Source: Methanotrichaceae archaeon (GTDB lineage: Archaea > Halobacteriota > Methanosarcinia > Methanotrichales > Methanotrichaceae). From it: a stretch of DNA of 64,000 nt. The notes under the pieces are model-generated. The model worked only from the letters and a program-made list of their open reading frames with translations. It did not search any database and was not told where the DNA came from. Shown in pieces: positions 32,029 to 41,737 of this stretch (the first letter of the stretch is position 1; each line of letters opens with the position of its first letter). The stretch covers positions 64,001 through 128,000 of the forward strand of contig CAVWIG010000017.1 in NCBI GenBank assembly GCA_963754945.1, written 5' to 3'. Made by a program: the position numbers and the translations under genes.

Positions 32029-33313
32029 GAGGGTTTCGATTTAGTGTTGGTTAATGAAGCCTTAAATTCTTGCGTTAATATTTTCAATCTTTATAGTGGT
32101 TTTTTAGCATATTTCACCCCTAAATTGGCTTATTAGATTTCAATTTACCTTGTTGTTTCTAATTTTTGCGCTTTTTTAGAGAGCTTCCGCTAGGCTGTTT
32201 GTTTATGCACTAAATATTTCAACTGTTCCAGGTTGTAAACGACCGAATTCATCATGAATTTTACTCCAGCTCTTGCGACAGTTGTTACATAAACATGTGC
32301 TCCCTTATGCCTCCGCTTCATAACAGCGAAGCATCTTTCGATGTGCGATCGCGTTTTACTGATTCTCTTATTCCTCAGAAGATCTATGATTCCAAGCTTG
32401 TGACCTCTTGTAGCTTTTTTCATGGCTGCATCATATCCTCGAGTTTTTGCACCATCATATCCCTTATCGGCGTAACGTGGTAGCCCTTCAATTCCAAGAT
32501 CTACCTGACTATCGTGTACAGAAGCAGTTGTAGTCTCAAAATATCTGATAAGGTGGTAATTGGTATCGATTGAGATATGACCTTTATATCCGAAAAAGGA
32601 TTTGACACCCTTTTTTGCCCAACTTCCCTCATTTATTGGCTCTTCTTCGAGTCTCTGTGGTTTGGCCTTGTCATCAATAATATTATTTGAAATACCAATT
32701 AGCTCTTTATCAAACTCCTGATTCAGGCTCGTACTGGTGGCTTCGGAATCTTGACCTTCCTTTTTGTCCCCGCCTTGCTCGTCTTTCTTGTTCCTCTTCC
32801 GACCTGGGTCCGAAGTTATGAAGGTTGCATCCTGGATAGTGCCATTCTTTACAGTAAACCCCATCTCATCGAGCTGCCTTTGAAGCTCATTCCAAAGATC
32901 ATCGTATACGTCGCACTTAATCAAACGTTCACGGAATAGCCAAACTGTGCTGAAATCAGGAATTACTTCAGTGGTGCCAAGGAAAATACGAAAAGAGATC
33001 CTATCCGCAACCTGTCGCTCCAGTTCTGGATCTGTTAGACCAAACCAATGCTGAATTACGAGAGCTTTCACCATAATCACGATGTCAATGTTCGGACGAC
33101 CTCCGCGGCTAGTTTTATTTTTGTGTATCAATGGTTCCAAAAATCTGAAACGCTCCCAATTGATCAACGATCCGATCTCGGATAGATCATCTCCGAGGGC
33201 TTTTACTCGAGCATATTCTGCTCGAATGGCAAAATCAATGAGAGTCCTCATGCATTATATTATAGTATTAATAGTATATAAGTATTTCGATTGATTAGTT
33301 TTTCGAAACTCTC
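32029..33313 (-). mobile_element. IS5-family element, copy A (1285 bp)
   Basis: Inverted repeats GAGGGTTTCGA/TCGAAACTCTC; 4-bp target duplication ATCT. Confidence 0.92.
32190..33251 (-). CDS. IS5-family transposase
   Basis: GGRP, DRISFRIF, PDFST, IQDATF, FGYKGH, ADKGY, R..IERCF. Confidence 0.93.
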   Translation of the reverse strand: MRTLIDFAIRAEYARVKALGDDLSEIGSLINWERFRFLEPLIHKNKTSRGGRPNIDIVIMVKALVIQHWFGLTDPELERQVADRISFRIFLGTTEVIPDFSTVWLFRERLIKCDVYDDLWNELQRQLDEMGFTVKNGTIQDATFITSDPGRKRNKKDEQGGDKKEGQDSEATSTSLNQEFDKELIGISNNIIDDKAKPQRLEEEPINEGSWAKKGVKSFFGYKGHISIDTNYHLIRYFETTTASVHDSQVDLGIEGLPRYADKGYDGAKTRGYDAAMKKATRGHKLGIIDLLRNKRISKTRSHIERCFAVMKRRHKGAHVYVTTVARAGVKFMMNSVVYNLEQLKYLVHKQTA

Positions 33314-33360
33314 ATCTATATATGTTCATAGCAACATTACACTCGATTGGAGAAACAAAG

Positions 33361-33999
33361 ATGAAATTGGAATTAGCAATAATCGGATTAGTGTCACTGG
33401 TATTGTTTTCTTCAATTCCAACAGATGGCGCTCAGTCTAACATGAGCATATCGATAGGCGGACATAAATTCACAACAGGATTAGATAATAATTGGACAGC
33501 TAATCAGGCAAATGTGATCGATTACAACCCACAAAAATACGTTACCGATAGTCGTTCACGCTTTGAAATGACTAACCAAGGAGACGGGGAAAATGCGTCC
33601 GCTGATCCTGTACCCAAATACGCAATCGATTGGACAGGAACCCAAGCCGTTAGCGCGTTTTCCTATAAAACAAAGCAATCTCCAGAATCAATAGCAAAGT
33701 ATGGCCTTACTAAATACGGCTTCTTGGACATCCGTGTATTAAAGCTGACCAATGATTACATAGAAGCCTATGGCTCCAGTCCTGATGATACTCTATCTCA
33801 TGCGACCGAGCTAATTTCTGGCAGGGTAATCGACACTGAATTCAATGGTAAACTAGCTATGAAAAGTAGAGATAATGACGAATCGCATAGCGTTATCGCC
33901 TTTCTCTTAGATAATACTACGGTTGCTTTGATCAATGTTCAGCTGAAACATATCGGCATAAGCGCTCAAGATATAATTAATCAGATGACTGTGAACTGA
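33361..33999 (+). CDS. Secreted hypothetical protein
   Basis: Signal peptide MKLELAIIGLVSLVLFSS. Confidence 0.7.
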   Translation: MKLELAIIGLVSLVLFSSIPTDGAQSNMSISIGGHKFTTGLDNNWTANQANVIDYNPQKYVTDSRSRFEMTNQGDGENASADPVPKYAIDWTGTQAVSAFSYKTKQSPESIAKYGLTKYGFLDIRVLKLTNDYIEAYGSSPDDTLSHATELISGRVIDTEFNGKLAMKSRDNDESHSVIAFLLDNTTVALINVQLKHIGISAQDIINQMTVN

Positions 34000-34133
34000 C
34001 ACCAGGGCGGCCTAAATTGATGCAGTATGTATAACCTGTAAGCCTCCGTCTTCCTTTTTAGCTACTATTCTAGGTATAAATAATTTTTATAAAGGTCAAC
34101 TTGCTCTCGAACTCCAGCCTTTGCGCTCCAGGT

Positions 34134-34362
34134 TTAAACTGAAAGCCACTCTTCGCGGCTGATCTATCCTTCTTTCAAGATCTGCGCTAGAAGCCCAACA
34201 ACAAAATCCTTTCCATGATGAGGATCGGGAATGGCTACATATACACGCCCCTTGGCTAATCCTTAACAATATAGGCATGACCTGATCCTGGATAAGTCCC
34301 TCGAATCCCAACGTTTCGACGTCGGATAAGCTCTTGCCTAGAGACGAGAGTAGACGAGACAA
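34134..34362 (-). pseudogene. hicA: HicA-family toxin remnant
   Basis: Across frames: VSRQELIRR..LGFEG.YPGSGHAYI..IPDPHHGKDFVVGLLAQILKEG.ISREEW; several frameshifts and stops. Confidence 0.7.
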
Positions 34363-34425
34363 TTGCTATCGGCTTTTAGCGGATAGGACAACATTACAAT
34401 GTATTTGGTCATGATGAACTGATAT

Positions 34426-35696
34426 GGTAGTGTGCCGAGATTTCTGTAATTTGGAGTTGCCCTGTATCCCAACATACTCAATCAGCATCCATAGATAAAT
34501 ACTTTTTAGCGGTCAGCCATTCTTCGTTGATATCGATGAGGATCGAAACCCCTAACCTCATGAACGAGCTCTCACTTGGGAAGGCACCGACTACCCTGGA
34601 TCTTCTTTTCAGCTCCTTGTTGATCCTCTCCAGCCCGTTTGTAGTCCGAATCCTTCTCCAGTGACCTCTGGGGAATGCCCTGTAATTCCACAGACTGAAT
34701 CTGAAGCGGTCGATAGTGTCAGCAGATTTCGCATAACCTCTTTCCCTCAATTCTTTCGCTAAGTCCTGTATCTTGATTTCGTCTTCCAGAGCGATCTTGA
34801 TCTTATCGGCGATCTCCTTATGATACTTCTTGGCAACGTTTCTCAAGACCGCTCTTGAAAAGTGAACGTGACACATTTGCCATGAAGCACCAAGAAATGA
34901 TTTCTCAACCGCTTTCTGGATTCCCTTATGACCATCTGATATCACGAGCTTTACTCCGGACAACCCACGATCCGCCAGATCTTGAAATAATCCCGACCAG
35001 AAGAGTTCATCTTCACTGTCAGCTATTCTTGCGCCAAGTATCTCGCGATAACCGTCATCTCTAACACCTGTGACGATCATGAAAGCTTTGGTAACATATC
35101 TTGATTCTGTTCTTACTTTGAAGTAGCTTGCATCTACATAAAGATAAGGAATAGGACGTTCGATAGGTTTCTTCAGGAATTCTTCTACCTTCTCGTCAAG
35201 CTCTTTGGATATCCTGGAAACGCTAGAGGCAGATAAATTCTCGATGCCAAATCGAGAGACAATATCTTGGATTCTCCTGGTTGAAACCCCCTGGAGATAC
35301 GATTCGAGTACAGCGTTGACCAAAGCCTTCTCTACGCGCGAAAATCTGTCGAACACCTTGGTTTCGAAGGAAATTTCACGGAATTGAGGTTTCTTGAGTC
35401 GGAGCTCTCCAACTCGCGTCTTCAGAGATCTTTCCTTGTAGCCATTCCTATGTGCCTTTCGGGATTCGACTCTCTGATACGGTTCTGCATCTGCCTGTTG
35501 CGCCGCTTCTAGCTGCATTACAAGGTTCAAGAACCAGGTCAGAAGCTTCTTTAGTCCATCTTCCTGATCGATAAGGTAATCTTCCAAGAGTGCTATGGGT
35601 ATCATGGTCCTGTGTCCTCCTTTTCTCAAGATTGGATAGGATACAGGGCCGATAATCATTCTTATTATCAAAGTACAGAAAAATCGTTACACTGCC
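34426..35696 (-). mobile_element. IS256-family element
   Basis: Imperfect inverted repeats GGTAGTGT/ACACTGCC; 8-bp target duplication ACTGATAT. Confidence 0.93.
34478..35605 (-). CDS. IS256-family transposase
   Basis: RNGYKER, GVSTR, DASYFKVR, SDGHKG, QMCHVH, TTNGLERINKE. Confidence 0.93.
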   Translation of the reverse strand: MIPIALLEDYLIDQEDGLKKLLTWFLNLVMQLEAAQQADAEPYQRVESRKAHRNGYKERSLKTRVGELRLKKPQFREISFETKVFDRFSRVEKALVNAVLESYLQGVSTRRIQDIVSRFGIENLSASSVSRISKELDEKVEEFLKKPIERPIPYLYVDASYFKVRTESRYVTKAFMIVTGVRDDGYREILGARIADSEDELFWSGLFQDLADRGLSGVKLVISDGHKGIQKAVEKSFLGASWQMCHVHFSRAVLRNVAKKYHKEIADKIKIALEDEIKIQDLAKELRERGYAKSADTIDRFRFSLWNYRAFPRGHWRRIRTTNGLERINKELKRRSRVVGAFPSESSFMRLGVSILIDINEEWLTAKKYLSMDAD

Positions 35697-35865
35697 ACTG
35701 ATATGAATGACTTTATCCAAAATAGAACATTCTTGAGACTTTGTTTGTTATTATTGCTCGAATGCACAACATTCTCTTGACTCTTTTCATCGTACCACGT
35801 CTTTAAAATGTTGAAGCCCAATATTGGGCTCAGGCAAAATTCAAAAGAATCCTGGAGGGAGATTA

Positions 35866-36567
35866 GTGAGAACTTATCGTCTATTTACGGTTTTATTGGC
35901 CATAATCGTAATTGCATGTTTATCTGTAGTCCAAGGGCAGATTAATGCCCCTTCAAGCATAGTTACACCAAATGCGACTTCGCAATATGCTCAGTACTAT
36001 ACCATGCCTACAGTATCGGCTCCGAGTACCCACATTAGTGCTCCCGCACAGACTCTGATCGTAGGCAAGACGGCTACCCTATATCTCGGCACCCAGCAAC
36101 AATCCGTGCCCTACTCGCAGTACCAGGCTAATGCCAACAATGCAGTCGTCCCCACCTTGTGGATACAAGGAACCGGGAGCTGGACACAATATGTAACGGT
36201 TCCTCAGGGTGCAACAGTACCGCTTATAGCGGTTTCTCCCACAGGAGGCAGCGGCTACCTCGGTGAGATACTAAATGGAATAACGTATAACTCCAACTTC
36301 TACTTCTATCCCAACAGTATACTAACCTTCTATGCAGACACAATCGGGCAACACACACTATCTGTCAGCATAAACGGCCAGCCAAGCAACCAGGTGACAA
36401 TAAATGTGGTAGCTTACGTGCCTCCACAAGCGTACCTGGCACCATATAATTATCCGGCATTTAGGTATTCAGAACCCACATACTATAACTATAACTCAGG
36501 CCATCATATAGGCGGTTTTGTAGGTCATGGGATCCGCGGATTTCATGGGAGGGAACATCATAAATAA
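35866..36567 (+). CDS. Secreted/surface protein
   Basis: Signal peptide; LWIQG..WTQY and FYADTIGQHTL (compare FYGDAAGWHTL in 16052-16912); His/Gly-rich tail. Confidence 0.7.
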   Translation: MRTYRLFTVLLAIIVIACLSVVQGQINAPSSIVTPNATSQYAQYYTMPTVSAPSTHISAPAQTLIVGKTATLYLGTQQQSVPYSQYQANANNAVVPTLWIQGTGSWTQYVTVPQGATVPLIAVSPTGGSGYLGEILNGITYNSNFYFYPNSILTFYADTIGQHTLSVSINGQPSNQVTINVVAYVPPQAYLAPYNYPAFRYSEPTYYNYNSGHHIGGFVGHGIRGFHGREHHK

Positions 36568-36796
36568 CTACCACTAAGTACTCAAATCCTGATTTGGTGA
36601 GGCGGAAAAGTAAACTCTGAGTCCGGCGAGAAGTCAAAGAGTTTGAGGATTTGGATAACAAAGCGTAGTCTCGATGACCATCCTCCTCCATTCTGGCCCA
36701 ATTCTATTAGGTGAAAATGTCGAAGGCAGCGTATAAGGTCTTCCTGCCAGGTACGATGTATATGACGAAAAATATTGCTAACCTATAGAGGGATAT

Positions 36797-37285
36797 ATGG
36801 CAAAGGGATTAGTTAAGCAATACACAAATTTATCAGCGCTGGTAGCTTTGATGTTGCTTGTGTCGATAAGCACTGGGCTAGTTGGTGTTGTCATTGCCAA
36901 GCCTTATTTTAATATCACCCAGGACATGAATCTATCGCAGGTGCTTGGTAGATCGGATCTGAATAATTCGAACTCGACGAACGCGACCACTCCTCAGCAA
37001 CCGGTTCACTTGGTAGATGGCATTTACGGAGACTCAGACCAGTATCCAGAACATCCGGCGCATACAATCGATGGGACTGTACCCAACACAACGCTGCAGC
37101 AAGCAAATTGGATGGGGTCTGATAGCGGGCTACCGTCAACAGGATCTCCAGTTTCACAGTCACCAGGATCTCAGGCATGGGCTAATGATATACTACAGGA
37201 ATTGGGATTAGGGCCCCAAGGCACACAGTCGCCATCACAGTCACCAGGATCTCAGGGTTCGCAGTTGCCGGCTTTCTTGCAGTGA
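36797..37285 (+). CDS. Secreted low-complexity protein
   Basis: Signal peptide; HTID motif; SQSPGSQ repeated twice. Confidence 0.65.
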   Translation: MAKGLVKQYTNLSALVALMLLVSISTGLVGVVIAKPYFNITQDMNLSQVLGRSDLNNSNSTNATTPQQPVHLVDGIYGDSDQYPEHPAHTIDGTVPNTTLQQANWMGSDSGLPSTGSPVSQSPGSQAWANDILQELGLGPQGTQSPSQSPGSQGSQLPAFLQ

Positions 37286-37848
37286 ACTTAAGTAGTGTGG
37301 AACGTCTGGTAAACACCTCGAAGCTTTGGAACATCCAGAAAGATGGAACAGAAGAGGTTTAAAAAATGTGGTTGCGGTTTTTCTGTACTCTGTTTGTTCG
37401 GGGCAATCGTGGGAGGTGCAGCGTTTTACTTCCCATTACGGGTTTGGGTGTGTCGAAGCCTTATGGGACTGCGGGAGCCCCAGCGATTCAGACCGAAATG
37501 TGGTTAAAAGTGGTGATCACCCCGCTACTTGAAGCAATTGTTTTTGCGCTGTTGGATATAGGATGACAATTGAAAGAGGCACGGCAGGATGATCCGGATA
37601 CGTAGAAAAAAATAAGCTGCTAAGTGCGGCGGGTGGTACTGATGGAAATAAATCTTTTGCGGGCCGCAGTCTTAGTCATTATTTGGATCGTTGCTAATAG
37701 GATCAGCAACACGTTAACGCCTTGAAAAGGCTAGGAGACGAAACGAAAATGTCAACGGAAGCACCAACGAACTTGTACGAAAAGCTGGATGAGGTCGGCC
37801 CATTGGCTGGCAAAGTGACCATTATCGAGTGGGTAAAGGAGGGATGGG

Positions 37849-38115
37849 ATGAGCCTCCCTACTTTTGACGAGACCGCCGACAGCCTTAGGATGGTCTGCG
37901 ATGAAGCGCAAAAGGGGCTCTATCGGCTTGGACAGATACGGGAAAGAAATGATCTCCAATCCGAGAAGGAGCTTAGAATTTTCATATTAGCTACCAGCAA
38001 GGTGATTCTTGAAACGCTGCCATGTCTCCAGTTAGAAGAGGATGCAATCGCGGATATTGACAGCAAATATTCACATATCCTAAACGAATTCATCGAGAAA
38101 TCGGAACCGGTCTAA
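37849..38115 (+). CDS. Hypothetical protein
   Basis: ATG preceded by GGAGG; 88 aa. Confidence 0.5.
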   Translation: MSLPTFDETADSLRMVCDEAQKGLYRLGQIRERNDLQSEKELRIFILATSKVILETLPCLQLEEDAIADIDSKYSHILNEFIEKSEPV

Positions 38116-38121
38116 TGGCCA

Positions 38122-38778
38122 GCTAGGCAAGCTGAAGATCTGGCGATAATCTTTTTTATCGTGTGGCTACTACTATCTCTCTGGCCGGGCTCTGGTCATA
38201 CCCCCTATATCCATTTAAGGTCGTCCCTGGCCATATCTCAAAATTTAGTTCTATTACATTTGCTAGGTCACCAATGAGAGGCCAGGCATGCACGGAATAG
38301 AGCGAAAGCGACCGAGATAGCCGCAGGCAATAGCCGCCAGGTAGCGAGGAGATGGAGACAGAAGACTATATCCCTCAAGCTCTCCTTTTGATCATGGCTG
38401 TGATATGTGTAGCCCGATCCATCCCTCCTAAATTTTGGGTCGTTGACCATACCCACTAATGCCTGGAAAGGTGGGATATGAGGAAAAAATGAGATCTAGT
38501 AGCAGAGACATGGAATTGAAGAAAAAGCTCAAAAAGAAGATTTTGGGAAAGAAGAAGGATGGCGTCCAAGACGAAAGTAACAACGCGAAGCGTAGCTCTT
38601 AGAAGAAGGCGAGCAGGGCCAACGATATCGAGTCCTGGCCAGCGGCAACCTAAGATGATCCTGAGACGCAGAAAGAACAATCTGCTAGGCAAGCTAAATA
38701 TCTAGCGATTACCCCCTATATCCTTTCAGACTATTCCTGGCTATCCCTTATCGATTAGTTCTATTACATCTGCTAGGT
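38122..38778. repeat. Degenerate direct repeat pair (about 38122-38268 and 38683-38778)
   Basis: Shared GCTAGGCAAGCT..ACCCCCTATATCC..TTAGTTCTATTACAT(T/C)TGCTAGGT. Confidence 0.65.
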
Positions 38779-38851
38779 ACTTGGTGAAATGTCATAGAAA
38801 GCAATCATGAATCCTGATTCGCACCCAAAACTATGAAAACGATTGCAGCGG

Positions 38852-39010
38852 ATTGCAGTATTGATATGGGTAGTGAAGGCTGCTAATTAGTTCGGGACTT
38901 GGATCCCGTCATAGAAAGTAGCCAGACTTCTTGAGCACCCAAATGCGTCGCTGAACGCGAATGGCAATTCACCACCAGGGATTACTCATCTGCCCATATC
39001 GCAACTGCGA
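38852..39010 (+). ncRNA. Candidate IS110 bridge RNA
   Basis: Noncoding 5' region of IS110; closing stem GATATGGGTAG/CTGCCCATATC enclosing stem-internal loop-hairpin modules. Confidence 0.6.
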
Positions 39011-39017
39011 GGGCATA

Positions 39018-40150
39018 ATGTCTGGAAAAAGAGAAATAGCTTGCGGAGTTGATGTACACAATAAGTTTATTGTGGCGACTATTCTTTCCAGCGACGGCTT
39101 GAAGCTTCAAGATCGATTTGAAACAAGCTTAGAAGAGCTTTTGAAGTTCAAGAATTGGCTAAAGGAGAATGGTTGCCATAAAGTGGCCGTGGAATCTACG
39201 GGCAATTACTGGCTTCCGATTTACAATGTCTTAGAGGGGTCTGTAAATTTTATTCTGGCAAATGCCTATCAGATTAAGCATATTCCAGGAAGAAAGACAG
39301 ACGCGCTGGATTCCGAGTGGATTGCGGAGATTTGTTTGAAGAATCTGATCTCTCCATCCCGAATCTTTCCCAGAGATCACCGCGAATTGAGATCTCTTAC
39401 AAGGACGAGAGAGAGCCTGATTAAAGTAAGAACCAAGATCAAGAATCGGGTTACTCACGAGCTAGAGGCTGCATGTATCAAGCTTTCCTCGGTGCTATCT
39501 GACGTTTTTGGCAAGTCAGGAAGACATATCGTCGATGGACTTCTTAACGGCATGGATTTGGAGAAGATATTGGAAAGCATACCTTCGAAAAGGGTAAGAG
39601 CGATTAAAGAGGAGATACGTGGAATCATCCAGGCTAACCTATCTCCTTCACAGATCTTTCTCCTTCGATCTCATCTGAATATGATTGATGCCATTACCAA
39701 ACAGATTGTAGAAATCGACGCTAAGATTTCGGATCAGATCTCTTCACGGAATGAAGACATGAGGATCGCTTTATCCATGCCGGGAATGGGAGTCGTTTCT
39801 GCATCTACTATCCTGGCAGAGGTCGGAGATTTCAGAGACTTCAGTTCCCCGAATAAGCTTGCTGCTTATTGCGGACTTGTGCCATCTGTTTATCAATCGG
39901 CAGGCAAGCAGATAAACGGCCATATCACAAAGCATGGTTCACCTCACATAAGAGGGATGATTATTGAGGTGGCACATGCCATTATTCGATCAAAGCGAAA
40001 CTCGAAACTCAAGAAGTTCTTCTTGAGGATCAAGGCAAGAAGAGGTACAAAAATTGGTGTCGTTGCTCTTGCAAGAAAAGTGCTCTGCATACTTTATCAT
40101 TTGCTGATCAGTCAAGAGCTCTATCAAGATGACCTGCTCAGCAAACCAAG
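39018..40150 (+). pseudogene. IS110-family recombinase, 3'-truncated by IS5 copy B
   Basis: GVDVH, VESTGNYW, GRKTDALD (DEDD), MPGMG, YCGLVPSVYQSAG, ALARK. Confidence 0.9.
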
Positions 40151-41435
40151 GAGGGTTTCGATTTAGTGTTGGTTAATGAAGCCTTAAATTCTTGCGTTAA
40201 TATTTTCAATCTTTATAGTGGTTTTTTAGCATATTTCACCCCTAAATTGGCTTATTAGATTTCAATTTACCTTGTTGTTTCTAATTTTTGCGCTTTTTTA
40301 GAGAGCTTCCGCTAGGCTGTTTGTTTATGCACTAAATATTTCAACTGTTCCAGGTTGTAAACGACCGAATTCATCATGAATTTTACTCCAGCTCTTGCGA
40401 CAGTTGTTACATAAACATGTGCTCCCTTATGCCCCCGCTTCATAACAGCGAAGCATCTTTCGATGTGCGATCGCGTTTTACTGATTCTCTTATTCCTCAG
40501 AAGATCTATGATTCCAAGCTTGTGACCTCTTGTAGCTTTTTTCATGGCTGCATCATATCCTCGAGTTTTTGCACCATCATATCCCTTATCGGCGTAACGT
40601 GGTAGCCCTTCAATTCCAAGATCTACCTGACTATCGTGTACAGAAGCAGTTGTAGTCTCAAAATATCTGATAAGGTGGTAATTGGTATCGATTGAGATAT
40701 GACCTTTATATCCGAAAAAGGATTTGACACCCTTTTTTGCCCAACTTCCCTCATTTATTGGCTCTTCTTCGAGTCTCTGTGGTTTGGCCTTGTCATCAAT
40801 AATATTATTTGAAATACCAATTAGCTCTTTATCAAACTCCTGATTCAGGCTCGTACTGGTGGCTTCGGAATCTTGACCTTCCTTTTTGTCCCCGCCTTGC
40901 TCGTCTTTCTTGTTCCTCTTCCGACCTGGGTCCGAAGTTATGAAGGTTGCATCCTGGATAGTGCCATTCTTTACAGTAAACCCCATCTCATCGAGCTGCC
41001 TTTGAAGCTCATTCCAAAGATCATCGTATACGTCGCACTTAATCAAACGTTCACGGAATAGCCAAACTGTGCTGAAATCAGGAATTACTTCAGTGGTGCC
41101 AAGGAAAATACGAAAAGAGATCCTATCCGCAACCTGTCGCTCCAGTTCTGGATCTGTTAGACCAAACCAATGCTGAATTACGAGAGCTTTCACCATAATC
41201 ACGATGTCAATGTTCGGACGACCTCCGCGGCTAGTTTTATTTTTGTATATCAATGGTTCCAAAAATCTGAAACGCTCCCAATTGATCAACGATCCGATCT
41301 CGGATAGATCATCTCCGAGGGCTTTTACTCGAGCATATTCTGCTCGAATGGCAAAATCAATGAGAGTCCTCATGCATTATATTATAGTATTAATAGTATA
41401 TAAGTATTTCGATTGATTAGTTTTTCGAAACTCTC
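40151..41435 (-). mobile_element. IS5-family element, copy B (1285 bp, no target duplication)
   Basis: Near-identical to copy A; flanks CAAG and ATAG differ. Confidence 0.92.
40312..41373 (-). CDS. IS5-family transposase
   Basis: Two amino-acid differences from copy A. Confidence 0.93.
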   Translation of the reverse strand: MRTLIDFAIRAEYARVKALGDDLSEIGSLINWERFRFLEPLIYKNKTSRGGRPNIDIVIMVKALVIQHWFGLTDPELERQVADRISFRIFLGTTEVIPDFSTVWLFRERLIKCDVYDDLWNELQRQLDEMGFTVKNGTIQDATFITSDPGRKRNKKDEQGGDKKEGQDSEATSTSLNQEFDKELIGISNNIIDDKAKPQRLEEEPINEGSWAKKGVKSFFGYKGHISIDTNYHLIRYFETTTASVHDSQVDLGIEGLPRYADKGYDGAKTRGYDAAMKKATRGHKLGIIDLLRNKRISKTRSHIERCFAVMKRGHKGAHVYVTTVARAGVKFMMNSVVYNLEQLKYLVHKQTA

Positions 41436-41737
41436 ATAGGATTGATTATCCGCAGAGATGAATAGCCGATACGCCTCCGATTGAAGGCATTTTGGCTCCG
41501 GACTATCTGCCAGAAGACGAACAAACTGAAAAATGGCGATCCATGAGAGTAAAATCGTCGGTTCAAATTGCGCATAGATCGTAAGTGCGTCGGGACGAAG
41601 AGTTGATTTAACCTTCAATACTATTAATATTTGAGAATTGTGTGACCTTGGCTGTAGTGTCAAGGAACAAAAAGATTGACCCAATCCCGAACAGGCATAC
41701 ATCGTACTGGCATCTAAATAGACTACAAGGGATACGA

